Shown piece by piece: positions 28,701 to 40,300 of a DNA stretch of 64,000 nucleotides. The stretch is taken from contig BOLA01000001.1 of assembly GCA_016861265.1 (NCBI GenBank), positions 75,569 to 139,568 of the forward strand. The letters are read 5' to 3'. The notes beneath the pieces are model-generated. The model was given only the letters and a program-made list of their open reading frames with translations, ran no database searches and was not told where the DNA came from. A program made the translations under genes and the position numbers. The stretch's first letter is position 1. Each line of letters starts with the position of its first letter. This DNA is from Patescibacteria group bacterium. GTDB taxonomy: Bacteria > Patescibacteriota > Dojkabacteria > J137.

Positions 28701-30257
28701 CTGTGCTGCATTAATTAAGACTGATTGACTAACTGCTACTTTGCCACTTGAAGAAGTTGCAGTAAAGCTATGTAAACCAGATGTTCCCGAGAATATTAAT
28801 TTCCCGCTCAAATCAGCAACACCATTTACAAAATCGTTTGAACTTACTAACTGGTAACCCGAACCACCCAATCCCGAAAGAACTCCGTCTGCAGGATTTA
28901 CTGTAATAGTAATATTCTCCGATGCAGCATTAAAATCCTCCTTAATATTTAGGAATTGATCATAAGCTGAAATACTATTAACACCTGTAAATGCTATTTT
29001 ATTGTCTTGTGGCGAAGCTAGATTAAAACTCAAACTATTGAAGGCTCCACTCCTAACAATAATATTTTGGGTTCCGTTAACCCAATCACCCTGAGGAGGA
29101 TTTGTTTTATGAGCAGTTAAAGTCCAACCGCTCAAATTTGCAAGTTCGTCATAGTAACAAAAATGTGCTGTTGAATTTCCGGATGTAATTAAAACAGTGT
29201 TAATTATATTAGATGTACAAGTATTATCAATTACTTCGAAGAATGTTTTATTGCCATTAGTAGAGTTGGAACTTAGTTCAATGGTTGTATCGAATTGAAC
29301 GGGTGTATCGTTTCCACCTGCATCTCGAGTTTGAATTGTAATTACTCCGGAGGTTGTTCCTGCAGAAATTGTCTGCCCCTCTGTTGTGAATGCAATTCTA
29401 TCTGGATTAGGTATTAAAGGTGACATAGAAATCGATTCTGCACCCTCCCCCGTACTTTCTAAATAGTTAGGAGAGTGGGCATTCCATTCGAATCTAACCT
29501 TTAATTTATATTTATAATTATGTCCTAGAATAACTGAAGTATCGTTATAGTTTAATCTTTGGCCGGCATTCTGATTCACGGATCCAATCAATTCATAACT
29601 ACCTCCGTTATCACTTCTATAAATTGAGTAGCCAATAATAACTCCATTGGTTGTGCCCCCGTTCAGACCGGAGTTATTATCCCAAAGTGCATTCCAACCT
29701 ATATTTATAGAAGTAAATGTGGCCGAATCTAATTCGGGTTTTGGGATTTTTTCCATTACTGCATTTGCGGCAGCAAAATCAATTCCATTTGAGTTTAGGT
29801 CATTTTGTGTAATTGTTTTTTTAACACCGGCAACATACGAATCTCCACTCCACCCATTTAAACCAGCATAAGTTTCTAGCACAACAATCGAATTATCTCC
29901 TACACTCGCAACTGGATTCCATGAAGAGCTACCCACATCGAATAAGAAGTAAGCAGGATCTTCAGCGCTGGCGTAACCCGCTGGATAAATTCTATTGTTA
30001 CTAGGTTTATTAGATGCAACTGCAGGTACATTTAAATTAGATCTGTAAGCAATTGCAGTTGCAAAACTATTTGGAGATTCATTATTTCCATTAATAGTAG
30101 TTGTGCCATCGGTGTATTTAACTATACCCATTAAATTAAATATTGATTCAGCCGATACATGTAGTATTCCAGCGTTTGTAATTGATAGTAAGACAATACT
30201 AACTACTGTTAATTGTCTTATTCCCGCTATTAAGTTTTTAAAAACTTTATTATTCAT
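25752..30257 (-). CDS. Large (1501 aa) secreted/surface protein with multiple Ig-like (Big/FN3-like) repeat domains
   Basis: N-terminal signal peptide/anchor. Repeated ~100-aa beta-sandwich modules (..YSGASNGP..LP.FTT.V.F.NG.....L.T.L.K.E...L...). Pro/Thr-rich linker (TPQQPQITPTVPVTVPNVPTTPV). The start overlaps the upstream gene's stop (TAATG). Confidence 0.8.
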   Translation of the reverse strand: MNNKVFKNLIAGIRQLTVVSIVLLSITNAGILHVSAESIFNLMGIVKYTDGTTTINGNNESPNSFATAIAYRSNLNVPAVASNKPSNNRIYPAGYASAEDPAYFLFDVGSSSWNPVASVGDNSIVVLETYAGLNGWSGDSYVAGVKKTITQNDLNSNGIDFAAANAVMEKIPKPELDSATFTSINIGWNALWDNNSGLNGGTTNGVIIGYSIYRSDNGGSYELIGSVNQNAGQRLNYNDTSVILGHNYKYKLKVRFEWNAHSPNYLESTGEGAESISMSPLIPNPDRIAFTTEGQTISAGTTSGVITIQTRDAGGNDTPVQFDTTIELSSNSTNGNKTFFEVIDNTCTSNIINTVLITSGNSTAHFCYYDELANLSGWTLTAHKTNPPQGDWVNGTQNIIVRSGAFNSLSFNLASPQDNKIAFTGVNSISAYDQFLNIKEDFNAASENITITVNPADGVLSGLGGSGYQLVSSNDFVNGVADLSGKLIFSGTSGLHSFTATSSSGKVAVSQSVLINAAQATHLSVNVPNTVTAGQQFDIISITALDEFNNVDTSFNGNKLVSYSGASNGPTGTLPVFTTGVNFTNGVSTTALNTILVKAETINLNVQVDDLSGTSNQFTVNPGIAAYYTINSPTSAIAGVDFNIDSITAYDNLGNVDTNYNGLKTLQYTGASNGPSSGSPTFTTAVEFQNGISVTPLATQLVKKESIQLTISDGTISGTTSYINVAPGEVGSIEYVSGNNQTATINTFLADPLVVSVKDLFGNPKNNYPVSFVITKGDGYLSIDNPITNSDGVASQTFRLGSIAGVDSDEVQAQIIGANGSPVIFKATATPKNPTNLVIQSPANVVAGQEFQLSLSVLDEEGNAIPDYSGVKLLDYSGASISLNNINPTLTTSVEFVNGAATVPITLVKAESVLLSISITEDNLTGTSEPINVSAAATKNFQIVAPSTVQSGVSFNLVSVKTIDEFANLSSDYFGTKTLIYSGPTQDPVSGNTPTYTTSVEFANSEATTTLTTTLYKAETIAITLKDGTIEGTSNEITVTYADYVLYYVSGNNQMGVAGQLLQDPLKVIVLDNQGRPALDKTVVFTVTTGNGSVAVPNTVDELTGEVSTVWTLGTAVGNQSVVASVEGVTTTITFNADAVADSASIITISPLSIATYAGYSTEAINICLKDQFGNQVVTNLPRTINLNSSSNSGEFATIVAGPWGINTADIQTGQSCVNIYYKDSTSGNFTFTASGNALTPATSTIVVAALTPTTIVVNPSSFTVNENNNQQLTAVVYDQFNQSMTNVSLIWEMANSNAGTITQNGLYYPVRTAGTYQNAIKVSFAGVIAYSTPTVTTNPVPVEPTQPQQPVITPQQPQITPTVPVTVPNVPTTPVIIDVDEGYFSDDEGTVPITVDVPVVAILSPRQGSLILSNGHVSISGTSIPNQIVVVKDEQNNILGSVTSDKNGYWKIFVSRNKFATDQGKVTATVYNTNVSTAPLTFDFKPRSFVEYIYDLIFSN

Positions 30258-31294
30258 TAACTTAAGTTTGTATTAGCAATCCCTTTAGCAAAAGGATTAT
30301 TTAAATTACTTTGTGATTCATTTACTGGCATTTGAACCAATGGGTGTTGTATTGAATTAGAATTCACTTGTTGTCCGGACATTACATTTTGCGTTGGAAC
30401 TGGGTTAGTTAATACCTGTGACTGAGCCGGTTGAACAACTGGTGCAGGTGTCTGAATAGGAACAACAGGTCTAGTTTGTACTGTTTGAACTGGTAGTTGT
30501 TGTTGGGCCGGCATGGTAGCCTGTGGTGCCATTGTGTTTACCGGCTGAATAATTTGAGGTTGAGGCATTACTGCAACAGGCTGATTTAAACTATATACTG
30601 GTTGCGGCATGATAATAGCAGGCTGCTGCACTACCTGGAATGCGGGTTGCATACCAACATTTATAACTGGTTCGTTTAAAGGAACTATTTCCACAATATT
30701 ATCTTCAACTATTTCTCTGACAGGTATATCGCCTGCGGAAGTACGCAAAAATATTCTTCGTTTTTTATTTCCAGTAACTCTAAAAATAACTATTATTAAT
30801 GCAATTATTATAAATGCTAGTACAATTATGAATGTGGAACCTGGTATAGCAAACCAAGAAGTAGCACCGGTCTCGTCTGCAACAGTAAAAAATATTTTAT
30901 CGGTGCTTATACTGCCACTTGTATTGTTTTGAAATGCTGCAACAATTGAGTACTTTCCCGGTACCAAATTTTTAGAAGGAATATAAACCCAATCACCATT
31001 TCTATCACTGGTTGTGGTTGCATTTGTGATTAGATTTGGTTCGTGTACCTGAAACACTTTTGCGTAATCCTCATCTTGAATAGTTATTGTTATTAAGACT
31101 CCTGCTGGTGCCTTGCCTGCTACAGAAAAGCCTTCGGTAACAATTACCTGTGATTGCATTGGATTACTAATGGAAATTGTTAAAGGCGTGGAGGGATAAG
31201 ACACTGTATCTGCTGCCTCTATTTTTAATAATGAAAAAAAAGACAGAACAAAAGTGGCTATAAAAATTTTTTTAAGAAAGTTTTTTAATCTCAT
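30257..31294 (-). CDS. Membrane protein: signal peptide, ecto-domain, one TM, cytoplasmic Pro/Gln/Val-rich low-complexity tail
   Basis: Signal-like N-terminus. TM WFAIPGSTFIIVLAFIIIALIIVIF. Tail rich in QPV/MPQP repeats. Its stop overlaps the next gene's ATG by 1 nt. Confidence 0.6.
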   Translation of the reverse strand: MRLKNFLKKIFIATFVLSFFSLLKIEAADTVSYPSTPLTISISNPMQSQVIVTEGFSVAGKAPAGVLITITIQDEDYAKVFQVHEPNLITNATTTSDRNGDWVYIPSKNLVPGKYSIVAAFQNNTSGSISTDKIFFTVADETGATSWFAIPGSTFIIVLAFIIIALIIVIFRVTGNKKRRIFLRTSAGDIPVREIVEDNIVEIVPLNEPVINVGMQPAFQVVQQPAIIMPQPVYSLNQPVAVMPQPQIIQPVNTMAPQATMPAQQQLPVQTVQTRPVVPIQTPAPVVQPAQSQVLTNPVPTQNVMSGQQVNSNSIQHPLVQMPVNESQSNLNNPFAKGIANTNLS

Positions 31295-31364
31295 TCTTTT
31301 AAATCAGCCTATCAAAATAATATATCAGAAATACCATGTAATAACAATTTTCTCGATTGTAATA

Positions 31365-34300
31365 CTACTTATTCGGATTAATAATTAGATATGGATTCCA
31401 AATAATATTCGATGTTCCGCCCGACAAATTTATTGAAATTCCATCACCAGGATTTATTGCAAAGTCACTGCCTTCCCATATTCCCAAACTACTATTAAAT
31501 GTGAATGCTTCAACGCTCTGAGTTGTAGAATTCCATCTGTAGACTGCATTAATCTTCTGATTTGTATTTAATGCTCCCTCAATATTACTTACAATTTCCG
31601 ATGCATTTGCGTAAATGGTTGAGTATGGCAGAGATAGCCAATTTCTATTTGGTTTATCAGCATTAGCATTGAATGTTAGCTGGGCCGAAATATCATTGCC
31701 TGCAACAGTCCAATTAAAATTACTTATGTTTCCAGATAATATTAGCGATATTCCATCACCAGCATTAATACTAAAGTCACTACCCACCCACTTGCCTAGT
31801 AGCGGATTATATTTAAACGATTCAACATCTTGGGAATTAGGTTTCCACAATGTAATCGTATTTATTTTTTGATTAGTGCCTGAACCTGTACCACCTTCAA
31901 TTTCATTAACTATATCCGAAGCCTTGGTATATGTTGATTCGTATGGAATAGAAATCCAATTTGTATTTGCCAATGTTGAATTAAATCCATAACTTCTTCT
32001 TTGTGAATATACAAGAGTTGAATACCCGCTTTCGCCTGATTCATTCTCGGCTCTTAGAATAAAGTAGTAAGTACTGTTCGTTAAGTCCGATTCTACCTGA
32101 GACCACGGAATAGAATATGTAGTTGCAGGGCTGTCAACAGTAGCCATCTTAACCCATGAGCTTGAATCGTCTACATCCACAAGTTGTGAAATTACCGCGT
32201 TACAGAATGGTTCTACTGCGCCATTGTCTCCAAATCTATGTGAATCTGCAATATCTTGAACTGTACAACTATCCTGGAATAGTTGAGTAAATCTATTCGT
32301 ACTTCTATATAAGTTATATTTGTTTGCATACTGTGCACTATCCCAGCTAAAGTTTAAGTTATACGTTTCACTTGCTGGTGCAGTTGAAGTTATTTCTTTT
32401 TGAATTGTAAAGTTTTTAACCTGCGCAGCAGGATTATTTTCAAAGAAGATATCGTTATTATTATCTTCAGCCACAATATTGTTAGAATTATCTAGTAATT
32501 TTGTGTATAGGTAATAAGGATTAACAACACTTAATCCGTTAGATGATAGTGTTCCCGAATATTGTCCGGTTGATGTTTTACTTAATTGTGCTAAGTTTTT
32601 TGAGTACCCAGTACCTACAACGTCACTACCATTATTGTCCTTTAGGTTGACAACTAGATTTGTTGCATCAGTGAATGCTCCATTTAATCTGGTTTGAATT
32701 GTAAATTGAATTGGTTGTCCTACATTAATATTATCTGGATTGTAATCAATTTTTGCAGTCCAACCTGAAACTGGGATATTTACTGTTTGAGTATTTGTAA
32801 ATGTACCATCGGTAGTAGTTGCCTGCACCTCGAGAGTATAGTTTCCAGTTTGTGCAGTTCCTGTAATATTAGTTACTGAATAGGAATTAGACACTACATT
32901 ACTTACATTATTTGTTTGCAATATACTTCCGTTTGTTCCTTTCCAGTTTATAACCAAATTGGATTGTTTTGGAGCATTAGTAATTGCATCAGTTGTTGAA
33001 ATTTGAAAGTCAGCCTTTGCTAAATATGCCCCGGTATCGTTCTTCGCATAAATAATTGGTGAATCTACATATGTATGAATATTTCCATTTACTTCTAAAT
33101 CTGTAGATACATTGATTAATACCGTATTAACAATTGCAGTGACTGCATCATTAGAAATTCCGCTATCATCTGCATTCCCTAACCAATCCGATGCTGTTAA
33201 TGTAAAGTTACCTGCTGTTGAATCTTTATAGTAAACATTAACAGCATTAAAATTTTGAGGGATTGTAAACACTCCGCTACTTACCCATGGTCCATTGGCT
33301 GATGCTGAATATTCGCCCGTGCCTGAGCTTGAACTTAATTTAATAGTGAATCCTCCAACACCCGCAATAGCAGCCTGATTATTTGAATCTCTTAACTGAA
33401 TAGTAATCGGAACAGATGCATTATCTCTTTGTACATAAAGTGGATTAGCAACTTCTTTAAACTTAACCTGAGTTGCTGGACCAGCAGCATTTGAAATTAC
33501 AGTAATGTTAGCCTGTTCACCTATTATTCCGTTGTTATCTGTTGCTCTCACATAATGTTCACCCGTCTGTGAGAATGCTACTCCATTAATAAATGTTTTT
33601 AGACCTTTATCTGCTGTAGTAAATGTATAACTTGGCGGCAACACGGCACCGGAATCAGATGAACTAAATGTTATTGTGCCTGTATACCAGTCCACTACAA
33701 AGTTTTCCGAATCTCTTGCCATTACAACAACAGAACTTGCATTACCTTGTACTTGAGGATCGGAAATGTTTGTTACAAGGAAGTTTTGAACAGTCTGTAG
33801 CGATACATTCACCGACAATGTTGCATTAGTCCAGCCTGTATCAGGAATAAGTGGCAATGAGTCAGCAGCGGTAATAGTTACAGGTGTAGAACTAGTATAG
33901 GTTGAATCCCTATAGTAAACAGATATTCCACTTTGACCAGTTGATATTGTTGCAAAGTTTACTCCCCAAGGACCTGTGGATGATAAGGCAAATTCACCTG
34001 TAGATGAAGACGACCTTAAGAATATAGTTCTATTCGATGTCACTGCTGTAGGATTCCCGTATTGATTTCTAGTTTCAATTTTTAGTTCGTTTGATGCATG
34101 CCTTGCTACCACCGTTTGAGGATTAGAATTATTAAATACAATTTGCGATATTATTCCCGGATCGATTGTTAGTGTACCTGTTGCATTAGTCCAAGCAGTG
34201 TCTGGGTTTGAAACTGCAGTATCTGAAACTGTTAATGTTGTACTTCCACTCTGACTAGATTTATAACAGAAATTAAATCTTGAACTTGAAATACTTACAT

Positions 34301-37300
34301 CTATTGATGTTATTCCAAATGTTGAACAGGCACTTCCATTCCATGCAGCAAATTGAGCGCCACCTAATGAGCTAAATAAATACAGGGTCTTAACTGATGT
34401 CAGTGGTATTTCAATTCCGTACTGATTCTTGAATGCCACAGTTAGTGCCGAAGAAGGAACACCAGCAATTAAAGTACCTAAGTTGCTTGATGGTTCAAAT
34501 GTCATTTGAGAAACATTACCAGCATTAATTGCTTGCATTTGAGTTGCATCTGTTATTGAATCATCTATACCTGGATTTGGGAACTGGTTACTAACTTTTA
34601 TTACAGGATTAGATGCAGGTGCAACATAAGTTGAATCTTTATAGTAGAACGAAATGGTAGATGTTCCGGAAGTCATTATCTTTTGGTATATTAAATCACC
34701 ACCTCCAAAGTTTGTGGAATTAGAGAATTGTCCAGTTGCAGATGTTGAGTATAAATAGAATGGTGTATCACTTTGCACTGTGGTTATATTTCCATAAACA
34801 TCTCTTGCCTGCACAGACATAATATTTGAAACCTGTCCAACGGTTAAGTTTTGTACTGTAGTTATAAATACAAGTTTAGACAATGCCTGTGACGCCACAC
34901 TAAATGTTTGAGTAGCATTTGTTAATCCCGAGTCTGGGTTTGGTGCCATAGTATCCGATGCCGTAACTGTAACACTCGAAGCAGAAGTGTCTTTGTAGTA
35001 CAAATCTACACCTGTGTTATTTTCTGCAATAGTGTACTCCGTTAGTGTTAAATCAAAAGAGCTGTCTAATGAGAATAATCCAGTGCCCGAGGTTGAAGAT
35101 AAGTAGACGCTTACGTCTTCAGGAGTTTGAACAATACCATTATATGTATTTAATAATCTTAATTGTAATTGCTTTGGTGAACCAGCTTGAACTGAAGAAT
35201 CCGCATTTATGAACGATAACTTTACTGCTGCACCCCAACTAATTACCTGAGTCTGCGAAGCATTAGTAATTCCAACATCAGGATTATCGAGTGATGACTG
35301 ATCACTTACTGTTATAAGTGCATTATTACTTGTTAAGTCTTTATAGTAGAAAATAAAATTACTTGAACCTGCATCTATAGTTCCGCTATTAATATTACTG
35401 TTGAATTCATTTGATAGTGCAAATTGCCCCTGATTTGAACTTGAATATAAGTAAATATTTGTATTTGTTTGGGCAATTGTTGGATTACCGAATATATCGT
35501 ATAGACCTACCGTAATTGCATTAGATGGTTGATTTACCTGTAAACTATTAGATGAACTTACAAACCTAATTGAAGATACACTACCCGACGTAACAAAGTA
35601 AGTTTGAGTAGCTGCTGTAAGACCTTGATCAGGTATTTCATCCAGTGTTAGTGTATAGCTTCCAGAAACAGTATCTTTATAATAGAAGTAAACATCTGAA
35701 TTCCCTGCAGTTAGTGTAATTTGATTAATCTGCTGCCAATTCAATCCGTTTTGCACAGAGAACTCGCCTGATCCAGTGGAACTTAGTTGCACTACTAAAT
35801 CTGTATCGAACACAGCCGCATTATTATACGCATCCTGTAATTCAACTCTAAATTGAGCAGATTCATTACCAGCACCTATACTTTGCTGAGTTGTTAAGAA
35901 TACAAAATGATCAGCAACATCAGCTACAAATTCAATATCCTGCGTAGTATCTGTTATTGAGTCGGTATCAAAATTTAGAGTAAAGGTACCGGCCTTTGTT
36001 GTTGTAAAGTATACATTTGTACTTGTTTGTCCTGCGGGAATTGTTGCAGTTACTATATCTGCAGCTTGTGTATCTGCAGTTGCCTTAAAGCTTCCAGATA
36101 ATTCAGGTAAAGTTGATAAGTTGATCTGTAAATCTGTTCCAAGTATTGCAGGCGTGTTATCCGTTTTGTATGCTTCGATAGTAATTACACCTGTTATCTG
36201 CCCCGCGATTATCTTATTGTCACCTGTGTATTCAATTGAAGTAATCCTTATTCCTTCTGCAGTTTGACCTAGCACATTTAAAGTTGTTACTGCATCAACA
36301 ATTCCTATATCAGGATTCAATACAGTTTGTGTATCTGTTGCCTGAATTACTTTATTGCCCGGCTGTGCATCTTTGTAATAGAAAACTGCTGTAGATTCTC
36401 CGTCTGCTAAGTTTAAGGTTAAAGGACTTCCACTAAAGCTAAGGCCGTCCTCACTTAAGTTTCCACTTATTGGTGAGTGTATATATACTGTTCTTGCGTC
36501 TGCATCCACAAAGTTACCATACTGATCTACTGTCTGAATTACAAACTGTGTGGAAACGTCTTCTGCTATTACAGTTAGTGGCTTAGCTAGGAATATTATT
36601 CTGCTATACGCAGCCGAATTTGTATCAATTGATTTAATACCATCTTCCCAACCCTGATCAACTAATGCATTAATTGTAATAGTTGCAGCACCGGCAATTG
36701 TATCTTTATAATAGATTGTCTTCTGATTTTGCCACTGCTCCATTGTTACCTCAGTTATTGACAACCATGGATTTTCTGCTATAGAGAACTCGCCCGTTGA
36801 ACTTGTTGTTTCTAATTTTAATACTGTTGAACTTTGTACCGATACTGGTATGTTCTCTGTATTTAGTGTCTGAATAGTTAGTGCTATAGGAACACCTGCC
36901 GATATAGTATTTTCGCCCTGGATTCCAATCTTACTTATTGTTCCGGATGTTACAGTTAAATCTTGAGTTGCAGAAGTTAATCCTGCCGAAGAAATAGTAA
37001 TAACAACGTCTCCTTCTTGTGAGTCTACATACTTAAAGCTTCTTATTGTACTTGTGCTTGCAAGAATATTAAATGTAATATCGTTAGTCCAGCTTTGCCC
37101 ATTATCGATTGAGAATCTTCCAGTTGTGCTACTGGAAGTAACCAATACCGTAGAATCGGCATTTAATTGTGTTTCGTAACCATTATCATCTGCTACAAAG
37201 AATTCAATGTTATCGGATGGCGTATTAACAAAAGTACTTTGTTCTTCTGTAGTGAATATTAATTTAGTGGCGTCACTTGCGACAATTGTAAAATCTAGTG

Positions 37301-40300
37301 TAATGTCGCTTAAGTTGCTAGCATTGTCAGCCACAGTTATTATTGGATTCCCTATTATCCAATCTTTATAATAGAAACTCGCTTGAGTTTGAGAATCTAA
37401 AATATTAACAGATGTTATAGGTGTCCATGGTGTGACGGTTGCTGAAAACTGATATTGACTACTATCAGAAGATAGATTTAATGTTAGCGTACTTGATGGT
37501 TTTGCCACATTACTATATTGGTCGTACAATACTACATTAATTACTCCTGAAGCTATTTGTCCGGCAACGGTTTGAGGTGTATTTGGTACAAATGCCATTG
37601 AAGTAGGTTCGCTTGCTGTTATTATTACGTTTTGGCTACTACTCTGTAATCCGCTAGCAGAAACTGATATTTGTTTTGTTGAGGCAACTGTATCTTTATA
37701 ATAGAATCTTGCATCATCAGCTCCAGATAATACATTTACTGAATTAACATTCCATGGTCCAGAATTAGCTAAAGCAAATTGTGCAGTAGCTTCCTCTGAA
37801 CTTAAATTTATTGTAAAGTCTGCATCGGCTATTGTGTAATTACCGTATTGATCTCTGAATTTAATTATGAACACATTAGACGATTCGCCTGCTGTAACAG
37901 TCTGGATTGCATTGTTAAAGACTAAACTAAATACATTAGTAGGAGTCAAATTGTATGTAATTGAGTCCGAAGTAAGTCCGCTTTTAGCTGCTGTAATTGT
38001 GGCACTTCCCGATATAGTATCTCTATAGTAGAAAGTTATTGAAGATATTCCATTAGGAACGGTTACGTTAGTTAGGTTAAATGCTCCGTTTGGATTTGTA
38101 TCAAATTCTCCTGTAAGGCTTGATGAACTGAGTGTAATCACTGTATCTCCAACTGCTGGAACAACTTGATCGTACTGATTTAATAGGTTTAATGTTACTT
38201 GAGATGGCGTTCCCACTTCTAAATCTAACGAAGAAGTAGAGATATCTATTTTTGCAGGGTTACCATAAGTGATATTTATATTTTTACTTGCATTCGTAAG
38301 GCCCTGATCAGGAGAATCCGGGTATACAAAATCAGTTATTGTAATTGTAGATGTTCCCACATTAAAGTCCTTATAATAAATTGGAACCTCAAATGAATTT
38401 GCAGGAATTTGAATGCTTGTTATTAAATTATTTGTAATGTTATAAAATTCACTATTTGCAGATGATGAATGAAGATAAATTGTGGTGTTTCCTGTAACAT
38501 TACTTGTATTACCATATTGATCCTGAGATTGAATAAATATTCCATTACTCTTCTGCCCTGTATTTAATCCTGAAAGTACAGAATCCTTAAATGCAAGTTT
38601 ACTTGCCGCTGCTGCTGTTACTTGAATATTTCTAGTTGCGGTTGTAAATCCTGATTTGATTCCACTTATTATTGATGTGCCTGCTTTTGTATCTTTGTAA
38701 TAAAAGTCAACATAATTTTGATTCATAGGAATAACAACCGAAGTCACTGTTCCATCAAATGTACCAGCTTGAGTTATGTCGAATCTTCCACCTGTACTAT
38801 TTGTTTGTAAATCGATAGCAAATGCAGAAGGCACAGGTATATTAACGTTACCAGCGTTGTAGGTTCTAATTGTTAACTTATCTAATACATTGCCTGCTGT
38901 AATTGATGTAGAAGTTGCAGTAATTGCATAGCTTGTAACATTTCCTGCAACAATGTTTTGAGATTGAGTATCTCCAGTAATTCCACTGGAAGTTAACGTA
39001 ATTGTAGGAGTTCCAATATTTGTGTCCTTATAAAAGAAGTTCTTATTATTTTGTCCAGAATTAATTGTTACAGAAGTAATGCTGCCATTGAATGCACCAT
39101 TACTTGCAGTATCGAATCTTCCACCAGCGCTCGAACTCGATAGATTTATTACTCTATTAGATGGAGCATTGGCAATATTATTATATTGGTCGTATAAAGT
39201 AATAGTAATTGCTCCAGTTGCCACACCTGCATCCGCTGTTTTACTTGTAGAACTAAATTTAACACTTGCAGGGGCAGCAGCAGCAACCGTTACGTTTAGT
39301 GTCCCGTCGGTTAGTCCAAATTCAAAAGATGGATTATTATCATCGGAAACTTTTATTGTCGAAGTCCCGGACTTTGAATCCTTATAGTAGAAAGTAAATC
39401 TACTTTGACCTGCACCTAGAAGATGTTCTGTTATTGCATTCCATGGTGTACTTAACAATGAGAATTCTTTAGTTGAACCCGTTGAGTTAGTATATAGGTA
39501 TAATTGCAAATCGTTTTGAGTTGGTATTTCCACTCCAAATGTATTTTTTAACGCTGCCGTAAGTGGTCCTGCTGCAACCCCTGCTGTAGCATTATAGGAA
39601 TTTTCTATAATATCCAAACTCGATGGCGAGCCAGTTAATACATTTACAGTAGTTTGAACATCGGTTATTCCTCCTGAACCGAACCCACCCACAGTATCTG
39701 CAATTGTAATTGTTTGAGTAGCAAAGTACTGATTTTGCTTAAAGTAAAAGTTTACTGAATCATTTCCGTTTGGAATAGTAATTGTAGTTACTGTTGCACC
39801 AAATGAAGTTGCAGAGAATAGTGCATTTGCATTGCTTGCGGACAGGTATATTGTTAACGGTCCGTTAGCAGGTGAAGGATTATTATTTGCATCCTGTAAC
39901 TGTACAGTAAATACTTCAGATGCTTCACCTGCTACCACTTCGGATGGTGAATTTAGTAAAACTATTTTTGATGGTAACCCTGCTGCAACATTAATTGTTT
40001 TAGAATCATCTAATAAACCCGTAGCTCCATCTGCAGGATTGGCATCGGAAAGTACAATATTTGTTGACCCGCTTACAGAGCTTTTTATATACACTGTTGC
40101 AGTTAAGTTTCCTGTTAGAATTTTAGTAGATAAAGTATTACTAAAGCCGCTAACTCCATTTTCAGAGAATAGTATTGAATTGTTGCTTGAAGTTAAATAT
40201 ACAGTTTTATCTTGAGTTGCTGTTAAATTATTGCCAGCAATATCTTGCATAGAAATGCTTATTGCATTCGATACCACATCAGAAGCAATACTGTTTGGCA